DNA from: Candidatus Marinacidobacterales bacterium
GTDB lineage: Bacteria > Acidobacteriota > Vicinamibacteria > Marinacidobacterales > DATDRI01
Length of the DNA: 64,000 nucleotides
Direction: 5' to 3'
Assembly: GCA_965226495.1 (NCBI GenBank)
Contig: OZ245365.1
Span: 1,536,001-1,600,000, forward strand
This document shows positions 31,213-40,384 of the stretch, in pieces. Below the pieces are notes generated by a model. The model was not told where the DNA came from, searched no databases, and saw only the letters and a list, made by a program, of their open reading frames with translations. Position 1 is the stretch's first letter; each line of letters starts with the position of its first letter. Made by a program: the position numbers and the translations under genes.

Positions 31213-31632
31213 TCAATCGACTTTCAGACCTCTCACATAGTGAACGAGCGCCCACCGCTCGTTGTCGGAGAGTTTCTTGCCGAAGGGAGGCATCGGTTTT
31301 TTCCCGACTGTCAACTTCCAGAATATACCCCCGTCCGCCATTTTCGATTGCACTGCGGCTGTGCTGATGTCGTGTGGCGCCGGCTTGACGAACTGTGTCG
31401 CCGGGCCGTCGCCTTTGCCGGTAGCACCGTGACACATCTCGCAGTTCTTCTTATAGAGATCCGAGCCCTCGGCGAGCACTTCCGAGGTAGATGGCAACGG
31501 GTTCGGTTTGGCTTTGGCTTCCTCCGGTACTTCCCAACTCGTGCCGTGATCGCCTTCCTCCTGCTGGCCGGTGTGGGCCAACGTTCCAACGCTCGCTAGC
31601 ACGATGAAGGAAATGGGGAGACCAACACGCAT
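31213..31632 (-). CDS. Monoheme c-type cytochrome
   Basis: Signal peptide, NPLP, CEMCHG, MPPF (Met ligand), RWALVHYVR. Confidence 0.9.
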   Translation of the reverse strand: MRVGLPISFIVLASVGTLAHTGQQEEGDHGTSWEVPEEAKAKPNPLPSTSEVLAEGSDLYKKNCEMCHGATGKGDGPATQFVKPAPHDISTAAVQSKMADGGIFWKLTVGKKPMPPFGKKLSDNERWALVHYVRGLKVD

Positions 31633-31740
31633 GTAAGAACCTTTCCCCCGACGAAAAAACCGAACGGGCCCAACCCGTGCGAGAGTGTCGTTGAGTGAGC
31701 GGATCATAACATGGGGAGCACTGGGAAGAGCCCGCTCTGT

Positions 31741-32478
31741 CTATCCGAGCACAGGGAGGAAGGTGAAGTAGCGCGACAGGGCTTGAAGCTTATCCGTAGC
31801 CACTAGGACCCCCACGACGACCAACAGGACTCCCGCCGTAATTTCGACGTATCTCATGTGTTTCTTCACGCGGCCGAAGAGGTCGAGGAAGCGGTTCGTG
31901 GCAAGGCCGGTAGCGATGAAGGGCACGCCGAGGCCGAGCGAGTAAGCGACTAGCAGTCCCACTCCTTGGGCGACAGTATCTTGCGTAGCCGCTAGGGCGA
32001 GGACGCCCGCCAAAATGGGGCCGATGCACGGCGACCAGCCGAAGGCGAATGCGAGTCCGATCACGAAAGAGCCGGCGAACCCCATCGGCTTCTTTTGTGT
32101 CTGAAAGCGTTTTTCGTAGTTGAGCCATTTGATGGGGGTGAGCCCCATGGTGTGGAGGCCGAAGAGTATGATCACGGCGCCTGCCACCGGCGCCAATACC
32201 GTGCGGTTCGCGGCGAACCAGTTCCCGATGTACGTCGCCGATGCTCCCATGACGACGAAGACGACCGAGAAGCCGAGAACGAAGAACACGCTGTTGAGGC
32301 CGACCTGCCGAAGAAGGCGCCGTCGCTTTTCTTCGTCCATATCACGGTTGCTTTCGAGATCTTGAAGCGACACGCCGGATACGAACGAGATGTAGCCGGG
32401 AACGATGGGGAGAACACAAGGGGAGATGAAAGAGATGATGCCTGCTAGGAACGCTGTGACCAGGCTTACATTTTCCAT
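31741..32478 (-). CDS. ccdA: Cytochrome c biogenesis protein CcdA
   Basis: AFLAGIISFISPCVLP and FGWSPCIGPIL. Confidence 0.92.
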   Translation of the reverse strand: MENVSLVTAFLAGIISFISPCVLPIVPGYISFVSGVSLQDLESNRDMDEEKRRRLLRQVGLNSVFFVLGFSVVFVVMGASATYIGNWFAANRTVLAPVAGAVIILFGLHTMGLTPIKWLNYEKRFQTQKKPMGFAGSFVIGLAFAFGWSPCIGPILAGVLALAATQDTVAQGVGLLVAYSLGLGVPFIATGLATNRFLDLFGRVKKHMRYVEITAGVLLVVVGVLVATDKLQALSRYFTFLPVLG

Positions 32479-32608
32479 TCGCCTCTACCCCTTCGGTTCG
32501 ATGCTCCATTTTACCTCGAAGTGATTAACCTTGCATGAGCCCGCTCACATATAAACTTTGTGGGCCGCCAGGGTACAATGTGGCCTCTGGACCAGGAGGT
32601 AACGGGCG

Positions 32609-32986
32609 TTGATTTGTGGGGTGGGAGTCGATTTGGTCGAAACGTCACGTATGTCAGACGCCTATTCTCGGCGCGGCGAACGGCTGGTACGTCGAGTTTG
32701 CCTGCCAACAGAGTCGGAAGCGGTGCTGCGAAATTCTCAGCCGGTCACGAAGCTCTCACAGGTTTTCGCAATTAAAGAGGCAGTCATGAAGGCTCTCGGG
32801 ACAGGGATGCGCGGTGTCGGATGGAAGGAGATTCGAACCGACGGGGCGACGGAAGGGCCGGTCGATGCTCTTCTTTCCGGTCGCGCCCTCGAGGTGGCGC
32901 ACCGAAAAGGAGTCGAGCGTTATGCCGTTTCCGTAACCGTCTCTCGGGACCTAGCAATCGCGACCGTTTTGCTCAGCCGAGCATGA
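32609..32986 (+). CDS. acpS: Holo-ACP synthase
   Basis: ICGVGVDLVE, FAIKEAVMKALGTG, WKEI. Confidence 0.85.
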   Translation: MICGVGVDLVETSRMSDAYSRRGERLVRRVCLPTESEAVLRNSQPVTKLSQVFAIKEAVMKALGTGMRGVGWKEIRTDGATEGPVDALLSGRALEVAHRKGVERYAVSVTVSRDLAIATVLLSRA

Positions 32987-33549
32987 GACTCATGGATCCT
33001 TGGACTGTGATACTGGGTTCTCCAAGTACTCTGCGGCGCAGCCGAATCGGACTCTTTGGCCTCCTCATGCTCGTCAGGCTCGTCAGCCTCGTGAGCTTGT
33101 TCGCAACGATCTTAGCGGTTCCAGCGGCGGAGGCTGGTGGCGTAACCGGTTTCATACAACGAGCCTCACCCAACGGTCGGCCCGGGATCGGCTTGGGTTT
33201 GTCCCTGTCGGTCTTCACGGAGATCATCTCCATCGAAGGAGAATATTCGCGAGCAAGTGAGGAAGACCGTTCACCGTCCTTAACCATTTGGAGCGGCAAT
33301 CTATTGCTCGTCTCTCCGGTATCGGTCCTGCGTCTGCGCCCGTATCTCGTTATGGGGCTCGGCATGTACCGCCAATCCTTCATGCAGGTTCAGGAGACTT
33401 CGCTAACTACTTCACAGGGGTTTGGAGTCTATTTACACCTCACCGGACCTACCAACCTGCGCGTCGACTATCGGACCATCCAACTCCAAGGAGATCCCCT
33501 CCAAGAGGGCCAGAAGCGGTTCTACAGCGGGCTCACGCTGCGCTTTTAA
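32983..33549 (+). CDS. Small outer-membrane beta-barrel protein
   Basis: Signal-like segment, RPYLVMGLG, LRVDYR, C-terminal GLTLRF; ATGA overlap with acpS; start uncertain. Confidence 0.7.
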   Translation: MRLMDPWTVILGSPSTLRRSRIGLFGLLMLVRLVSLVSLFATILAVPAAEAGGVTGFIQRASPNGRPGIGLGLSLSVFTEIISIEGEYSRASEEDRSPSLTIWSGNLLLVSPVSVLRLRPYLVMGLGMYRQSFMQVQETSLTTSQGFGVYLHLTGPTNLRVDYRTIQLQGDPLQEGQKRFYSGLTLRF

Positions 33550-33654
33550 GGGCGTCCTGCCACGGCCGGTTACTGGCACGGCCCGGATTGGACAACCGCA
33601 GTACTGACTGCCGGCGCGGGAATTTTGCACGCGGGAAACCGTCAACCGAGCCGC

Positions 33655-33684
33655 TTGACGTGCGGTTGCCGGAGCGGGTAAGAT
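33655..33684 (+). promoter_or_regulatory. Possible sigma70-type promoter for the MglA-like gene
   Basis: TTGACG-N18-TAAGAT. Confidence 0.35.
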
Positions 33685-33727
33685 GTCTTTATCTATTTGA
33701 AATCTAAGGGGTAAGGAGTAGCACTCG

Positions 33728-34919
33728 GTGGTTTTCTTCAACTACACGACGATGCAGGTTTCGGCGAAGATCGTCTACTACGGTGCCGGCTTGTGTGGTA
33801 AGACCACCAACCTGCAGCACATTCACAGTAAGACCGACCCTCATTCTCGGGGGGAGATGGTCAGTTTGGAGACGGAAGCCGATCGAACCCTCTTCTTCGA
33901 TCTGCTGCCCCTCGAGGTTGGGAAGATCGGCGGCATGCGGGTACGTGTGCAGCTCTATACCGTACCCGGGCAGGTCTTCTACAACACGACGCGCAAACTG
34001 GTTCTCAAGGGAGTCGACGGCATGGTATTCGTCGTGGATTCTCAGGTGCCGGCGCTCGATGCCAACTTGGAGAGTTTTGAGAACCTCAAGCAAAACCTCG
34101 AGGAGCTGAACCAACCTCTCGACAGCATTCCGTTCATATTCCAATTCAATAAACGTGACATCCGCAACATCCACTCCGTCGACATGCTGAACCGGTGTCT
34201 GAACGCGAACGGATACGAGTTTTTTGGTGCCGCTGCACTTCACGGCATCGGTGTGTTCGAGACTCTTAAGGCTATCTCACGGAAGACACTCGCCGCCGTG
34301 CACCGAAGGATTTCTGGCGATGGACCGGCGGAAAAACCACAGGTGGTGGTGCCAACCGGCGGGGTTTTCGATTTAGCGGACGAGCCCGCTCCCAAATCCA
34401 TAGTGCAAACAACGGCTTCGTCTTACTCGACCAGCACCGCCGCTCAAGAGCGGAACCGACGAGGTTCGGGTAGAATTTGCAGCGAGCCTGGACGCGACCC
34501 CGGCTCCCATTCCGGCAGGTCAATCGAGTTCGGCGAGTTCGGCGAGTTCTGTGCGTAGGATCGCGACCAAGTCATCGCACCACGTGGAACGGGAGCTCGA
34601 AAAGCTCCGCCGGGTGGCATTGGGGCACTCTTCCGGAGTCGCGAAGAAGAAGCGGGCTCCGGCTGCCCAACGTGTCCAGCCAACCCAGCAGCTTGTCCAG
34701 CGCCAGGAAGAAGAGTGCCGGGAGTTGAAGGTGACCGTGCCGAAAGCCGCTCTTGAGAACGCCAATCAACTCTGCCTGGATTTGAGCCTGGCGGGCTCGG
34801 GGGCTAGCGGTGATGTTGCCGAGTCGTTCCAAATTGACTTACCGGAGCGCCTAAGCGAAATGACTGGAAAGAAAAAGCGCCTCAGGATTACACTCGATAT
34901 CGAGGAAGACGATTCCTGA
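33728..34919 (+). CDS. MglA-like small GTPase with C-terminal extension; frameshift at about 34405-34455
   Basis: KIVYYGAGLCGKTTN, RTLFFD, LYTVPGQV.Y, QFNKRD. The +1 frame continues RLTRPAPPLKSGTDEVRVEF...VERELEKLRR to 34919. Confidence 0.8.
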
Positions 34920-34959
34920 ATCGAGCCCGTCTTGCCTTCTTTTCTTAGTAGCTTAACGG

Positions 34960-35570
34960 CTATGGCTTTTCGTCTGCTTCGGACCGCGCGGGGTGCGCTG
35001 TATTCAACGACGCCGTGCTGAGCGCCGTGTTGCTCCGACCACACTCCGTGTGGCATCGCATGAGAAGGCTTACCTTTTCGTACCTGCTATCGTTCCGGAA
35101 GGACAGTTGCTTCTTCGCCCGATGGCATCGCATGAGAAGGCTTACCTTTTCGTACCTGCTATCGTTCCGGAAGGACAGTTGCTTCTTCGCCCGCTCAAAA
35201 TCCAGCTCCGCTCTCCGGCTGTATAGATTGCCGTGGGATCGACGGCGAGACGGCCGATGAACGGGCTGTCGTCATCGGTTCGAACTCCCTCCACTCGCAG
35301 CTCAGTGACTTTCGGTAAGAGTCGCTTGAGGTCGGGATAATAGGTGAAGAGGAAGATCCGCTCGATGGGAAGATCCCCCACGCGTTGATCCTCGACGTAC
35401 AGGGTTGCCGCGGTAAGGTGCTCGCACACCCTGAGGGAAACGGGTATGTAGAGGCTCCGATTCAACAACTTGCCCTGCTCGGCTTTCACCGGGCCGTTAG
35501 AGACGAGCACCATCACCATCATCATCAGAAGCAAACCCGCTGCGCCGTAGCGTCCGATTCTCGTCTTCAT
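34960..35570 (-). pseudogene. Exported hypothetical protein with frameshift (~35205) and 72-bp duplication
   Basis: Signal peptide MKTRIGRYGAAGLLLMMM...AEQ. After ...IYTAGER the alternative frame reads ELDFERAKKQLSFRNDSRYEKVSLLMRCH (x2) TECG...EKP*. Confidence 0.55.
35051..35193 (+). repeat. Exact 72-bp tandem duplication
   Basis: TGGCATCGCATGAGAAGG...CTTCTTCGCCCG at 35051 and 35123. Confidence 0.93.
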
Positions 35571-35772
35571 GGCAAGACTCTCCCCTTGATCCGAAGGGTC
35601 CACATTCAGGAAATCGCGGGAGTCCTTCGGATCCTCCCGAGTTCCCTTGTTTTGTGTAGAGGAAACCTTAGAAAGAAGACGAAGGCTTGTGATCGTTGGG
35701 TGCGGCGCGATTCTTTCTCGGCCCGCCGAACCCTGGTGAGTTCAACTTGGTGTCGCCTTGCTAATTAGAAAT

Positions 35773-35788
35773 TGCAAGAAGGGTGCCA
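35773..35788 (-). promoter_or_regulatory. Sigma54 (-24/-12) promoter
   Basis: Minus strand TGGCACCCTTCTTGCA = GG-N10-GC with near-consensus flanks, about 200 bp upstream of 35570. Confidence 0.6.
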
Positions 35789-36015
35789 AAGAAAAAAGAA
35801 TCTGTGCGGGTGAAGCGGTAGTTCAGGTCGTGTTCCTAAACTCGGACGACTAATGGATCACTGGGGGGTGCGCGGTCTAGCAGCTCAATCTGGGATCAAA
35901 CATGGTGACATGCAGTGCTAGCACTCTCTGCCACTCGTGTAGTGGAAACACCACGGAAGTGTGAGGGTAGTACGAGACAGGGAACATCACGGCTGTTCCC
36001 CGTCCTCGTTGAAGT

Positions 36016-36933
36016 TTAAGTTCCGGGCTGCGGATCGATATAGAGATGGTAGACCCGTAGACCGAGCTGCCTGGGATCTCCGCCCGTTCCAAGTTCCGAA
36101 GGAACAAACGACTGGTTGTTTACGATTCTGAGGTCGACCCAATCCTCAGAACTCAGTGCAGCCGCGGGGATGGGAATCTTGACTAGAAAGGGATACCTGT
36201 CTTCCACAGTGATCTGAGTGAGCTCCGTGTCTCCCACGAATATTTGGACCTGGAGCGGCTCCGGGAATGCCTCGATATTGGTGTCCGCCTTCAGATAGAG
36301 GAGAGCGTCAACTTTCGGGTTCTTGAAAGAACATACCGCTTCCTGCTTCGTCCATTGCCACTCGATGGCGGGGTTCTCAGGTGAGGACTCAAGGGGATGC
36401 CAACCCTCCTTGTAGACCAAGAAGATGTTCTCCTTCTGGTCGAGAAGAGTGAGCTCTCCTACCTGGTAGGCCGATTGACCGGTATCGGCTCCGCTCAGCC
36501 CCACGCGTTCGCCGGTTTCGGGATCGTAGAGTCCCATTTCGATAGTAGCGGTTCCCAAGTAGGGGTAGAGAGGAACGAAGACGGTTCGGGAGTATTGGAC
36601 GGTGGATCCTGGCTTCCACGAGCTGGTCGGCTCCACAGGTTGGTGATCGTCGGTGAAAAGAAGCTCATCATGAGAATCGAGAAAATGCACAAAAGCAACG
36701 TAATCCCGCGGGAAGGATTCGAAGTCCGAGCCCACGTCGAAGCGATACGTCACTTCGATTGGACTGCCAATCGGCGCTCGCGGCTTGTTGAGCTCGACGG
36801 CTGGAGTCACCGGGGTGACATCGGCGGCTCCGTTACCCTGACAACCTTGAATGGAGCCGGCAGCCAGGGTAGCTATCCCCGCGAGAACGATTTGAGTAAC
36901 CCGCTGCTGAAATACCTTCATTCTTGCGCTCAC
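36016..36933 (-). CDS. Hypothetical lipoprotein (beta-sandwich-like)
   Basis: Lipobox IQGC; FVHFLD...DDHQP...W.PG, GLYDP.TGER, GWH..E...WT, D.RQLG. Confidence 0.75.
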   Translation of the reverse strand: MSARMKVFQQRVTQIVLAGIATLAAGSIQGCQGNGAADVTPVTPAVELNKPRAPIGSPIEVTYRFDVGSDFESFPRDYVAFVHFLDSHDELLFTDDHQPVEPTSSWKPGSTVQYSRTVFVPLYPYLGTATIEMGLYDPETGERVGLSGADTGQSAYQVGELTLLDQKENIFLVYKEGWHPLESSPENPAIEWQWTKQEAVCSFKNPKVDALLYLKADTNIEAFPEPLQVQIFVGDTELTQITVEDRYPFLVKIPIPAAALSSEDWVDLRIVNNQSFVPSELGTGGDPRQLGLRVYHLYIDPQPGT

Positions 36934-37085
36934 CTCGTTGATACGAATAATTTGGGTTCTGTGTTTCGGCGGCCCCGGAGGGGCTCCGGGGGGCTGAGCA
37001 AGCCAATCACTATGTCACAATCAGGGCCCCGAGTCAATTCTTCGACGTACACGCCGCGTCCCGGAGGCCGCGGCTAAGTCTTGCC

Positions 37086-37115
37086 TTGACCAGCTCTTCC
37101 ACACGATGCTATATT
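37086..37115 (+). promoter_or_regulatory. Probable sigma70 promoter of the BMC locus
   Basis: TTGACC-N18-TATATT with extended -10 TG. Confidence 0.45.
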
Positions 37116-37381
37116 GCGACCCTCGCAGCGGGCGCCTGACGTCGTCGATAATAGCAAGCTCGATGTTTTCGCGCTCGGTAGGAGCTGAAAAGGGGCGCCT
37201 GGCTAGTCGGATGATCGCAACGCGATATTTTGGCGCCCAACAGGATCAAAAAAGGCGCCGTTCATGCTCACCCAGGCCGAACCCGCCGAGGCAGGCTGAG
37301 CCTTGCAGGTCGGGTTTGGCACCAAAGTAGGAAGTTGCCACGAGGTACCTTGTCGGGCGCCGGTCTGAATAGGGAGAGACG

Positions 37382-37669
37382 ATGAAAGCAAACGGCTTAG
37401 CCTTGGGCATGGTCGAAACCAAGGGGCTCGTGGGCTCGATCGAGGCGGCGGATGCTATGGTCAAGACTGCCAACGTCACTCTTGTCGGCCGCGAGTACAT
37501 CGAGCACGGGCTAGTGACCGTATTCGTGCGGGGAGATGTGGGGGCAGTCAAAGCCGCCGTGGACGCTGGTGCCGGTGCGGCGCGCCGAGTCGGCGAGCTC
37601 GTCTCGGTCCACATCATTCCAAGCCCGGACGCTGAAGTGGAACAGATTCTCCCAACGCTGCAAGGGTAG
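37382..37669 (+). CDS. Bacterial microcompartment hexameric shell protein (BMC-H, EutM/PduA-like)
   Basis: [46 protein letters not shown]. Confidence 0.95.
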   Translation: MKANGLALGMVETKGLVGSIEAADAMVKTANVTLVGREYIEHGLVTVFVRGDVGAVKAAVDAGAGAARRVGELVSVHIIPSPDAEVEQILPTLQG

Positions 37670-37927
37670 CAGGGTGCTGAGAATGCAGGGCACCCTGCGC
37701 GAGGAGCCATCAGCTGGACGGTGGGGTCAGATCGTGCCGGGCGCTAAAAGAGGTCGGTGCTACTAATCGACATCGCCAGACGGGCTTTCAGATCATGGTG
37801 GCCGTCAAACTAGGTTGTGCCATCGAACGACGTGGCCAGACGGCGGTGGGGCCCCGCCGCACTGATGACGGAGCGAGCCCTGAGGCGATCGAGAGACTAA
37901 ATTGACTCTTCTTCGGGAGGCTGACCC

Positions 37928-39709
37928 GTGGCGATGAGCGTGAAAGATGAAGACCTCCTCTCCTTACAGGAGGCTCGGACCTTACTGCGCCGGGCGCGCG
38001 AGGCCTGGAATACGCTCGCTCACTTTTCCCAAGAAAAAATCGATGGCATCGTTGCCGCCGCAGCGGAGGCGGCTTCCGACGCTTCCCTGGAGCTGGCCAA
38101 GCTCGCGGTCGAAGAAACCGGGTACGGTGTCCTCGAGCACAAGTTCTTAAAAAATAAGTTCGCCGCGGTTGAAGTTTACTCTTCCATCAAAGACATGAAG
38201 ACCGTGGGCGTGATCCGTGAGGTTCCCGAGAAGAAACTCTACGAGATTGCGGAGCCGGTCGGTGTAGTGGCAGCGGTCATTCCCTCGACCAATCCAACTT
38301 CGACGGCGATCTACAAGATCCTGATCAGCCTTAAGGCACGCAACACGATCGTGTTGTCCCCTCACCCGGCGGCCAAGCGGTGCATCTTGGCCACTGCAGA
38401 AATCATGCGCGAGGCGGCGCTCGCTGCCGGCGCACCTCAAGGCTCCATCGAGTGTATGGAGCACGTTTCCATCGAAGGCACGCAGGAGCTCATGCGGAAT
38501 CGCGAGACGTCGGTCATTCTGGCCACAGGTGGAATGGGTCTGGTGCGCGCCGCCTACAGCTCGGGAAAGCCTGCCTTTGGGGTAGGTCCAGGAAACGTTC
38601 CCGCGTACATAGAGTCCTCGGCGGACGTGGTCAAGGCGGTGAGGGACGTCATTACCGGAAAAAGCTACGACAACGGAACGCTGTGTTGTTCCGAACAGGC
38701 GCTTCTCTGCGACGAGGCGATCTCTCAGCAAGTCAGGGAACGCGTGGTAGCGGAGGGCGGTGCGTTTTTGACCGTGGATCAAATGCGTGCCGTGGAAAGA
38801 GTCGCGATCATGCCGACTCGCCTCGCCAACCCTCAAATTGTTGGCAAGAGCGCGACGTTCATTGCCGAGAAGGCGGGAGTCAAGGTCCCGGTGGGGACAA
38901 AGGTTTTGGTGGCGGAGCTAGAAGGTGTGGGCCGAGACTACCCGTTGTCGATTGAGAAGCTCTCACCTATTCTGGCGTTTTACGTGGTCAAAGATTGGCG
39001 GGACGGCTGCGAGCGGGCCAAGGAAATACTCGGCTACGGTGGAATGGGACACACGTTATCCATTCACTCCCAGAACCGGGACATCATCATGGAGTTCGGT
39101 CTTCAGAAACCGGCCTTCCGCATCATTGTCAACTCTCCCGCAACGCACGGAGCGGTGGGCTTCAGCACCGGCCTGGCGCCGGCGATGACCCTCGGCTGCG
39201 GTGCTTACGGTGGCAATATCACCTCGGACAACATCACTCCGTTGCATCTGATCAACATCAAACGGCTGGCGTTCGAGATTCGCCCAGTCGATCTGCAAGC
39301 GGCGTTGGCGGAGTATGGATTCGAAACTGGAGGTCGTTCGACGAGCGCGCCTAGGACGAGGGCGGCCGCTGCCACCTCGTCGGGCCAGTCGGTTGAGGAA
39401 CGGGTTGCGGGTTACTTGGCTAGTCGTGGCCTCCTAAGTACGTCAGGCACGTCAGGCTCGCCGAGCGGCTCCACCTTTCCCGACGGTGCGGCTGGCAGTC
39501 CCGCGAACCTATCCCAAGCCACAACAAACCCCAACCCGCAGCCCCCGTCGGTACCTGCTACCCCTACCACGGCCCTGGACTTCGTTTCCGAGGAAGATGT
39601 GCGCCAAGCGCTCGACGATGGGCGGAAGCTTCCCGTCGGACCGGACACCATCGTGACGCCGTCGGCCCGCGAGTTCGGGAACGAAAACGGCGTCTTCGTC
39701 CGAGTCTAG
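37928..39709 (+). CDS. Acylating aldehyde dehydrogenase, BMC-associated, with C-terminal extensions
   Basis: [31 protein letters not shown] (catalytic Cys), EKLSP, TLGCG; C-terminal amphipathic 'VEERVAGYL' and 'FVSEEDVR...IVTPSARE'. Confidence 0.92.
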   Translation: MAMSVKDEDLLSLQEARTLLRRAREAWNTLAHFSQEKIDGIVAAAAEAASDASLELAKLAVEETGYGVLEHKFLKNKFAAVEVYSSIKDMKTVGVIREVPEKKLYEIAEPVGVVAAVIPSTNPTSTAIYKILISLKARNTIVLSPHPAAKRCILATAEIMREAALAAGAPQGSIECMEHVSIEGTQELMRNRETSVILATGGMGLVRAAYSSGKPAFGVGPGNVPAYIESSADVVKAVRDVITGKSYDNGTLCCSEQALLCDEAISQQVRERVVAEGGAFLTVDQMRAVERVAIMPTRLANPQIVGKSATFIAEKAGVKVPVGTKVLVAELEGVGRDYPLSIEKLSPILAFYVVKDWRDGCERAKEILGYGGMGHTLSIHSQNRDIIMEFGLQKPAFRIIVNSPATHGAVGFSTGLAPAMTLGCGAYGGNITSDNITPLHLINIKRLAFEIRPVDLQAALAEYGFETGGRSTSAPRTRAAAATSSGQSVEERVAGYLASRGLLSTSGTSGSPSGSTFPDGAAGSPANLSQATTNPNPQPPSVPATPTTALDFVSEEDVRQALDDGRKLPVGPDTIVTPSAREFGNENGVFVRV

Positions 39710-39761
39710 GCGACAACGCATGAAGCTAGGCGGTTCTCGATGGGGCGGAAGAACACGGGTC

Positions 39762-39790
39762 TTGACACGCCCCTGCTACGGTGGTACATT
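39762..39790 (+). promoter_or_regulatory. Sigma70 promoter
   Basis: TTGACA-N17-TACATT. Confidence 0.6.
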
Positions 39791-39898
39791 CGCTGTGAAT
39801 TCGTGTGAAGGTCCTCGACTGAAAAGGTACGATCCCCTCAATGCTCAAGGTAGTCCCTTGTGCCTTCACTCCCCCAAGGACTGAAGAGTTGGTGAGGC

Positions 39899-40285
39899 AT
39901 GGAAGCGGTGAAAGAGTTCAAGACCGAGCACGAAAAGCACCTGAAGTCCGCCATGGACGAGTTGACCAGCGCCGGTGCCGCAGGGGCTGAAGAAGGCTTC
40001 GTCATCTTTGAGACCGACGGGGGCAAGTTTCTCCAGCTCACCTACAACATGGGGGAAGGCCTCACGTTCGACCTGCCACGGGTGAGCCTGTCTGCCGAGG
40101 AGCAACAAAAACTCATCGGCCTCGAAGGAATGGAGGCGGTTTCCGAGACCGAGACCTCTTACCTGCTTAAAGTAGGCACCGATACCAACTTGGGTGCCGA
40201 GCTGGCAAACCGCATCTTTCTCGAGGTGTTCCAGTGCCGGAACGGCTACCCAGTGGTTGCCACGCTAGATATCGAGACTGCGTAA
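39899..40285 (+). CDS. Hypothetical acidic protein
   Basis: 128-aa ORF with good codon usage downstream of a consensus promoter. Confidence 0.7.
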   Translation: MEAVKEFKTEHEKHLKSAMDELTSAGAAGAEEGFVIFETDGGKFLQLTYNMGEGLTFDLPRVSLSAEEQQKLIGLEGMEAVSETETSYLLKVGTDTNLGAELANRIFLEVFQCRNGYPVVATLDIETA

Positions 40286-40384
40286 TAGCTCTTTTCCCGA
40301 TCGCCCATCCCTAATCGAGCCGAAAGCCGGGTCGGAGTGCGCTTCGAGGGGAGGCTTCTTCCCGTTTTTTTCGTCTCTTCGAAT

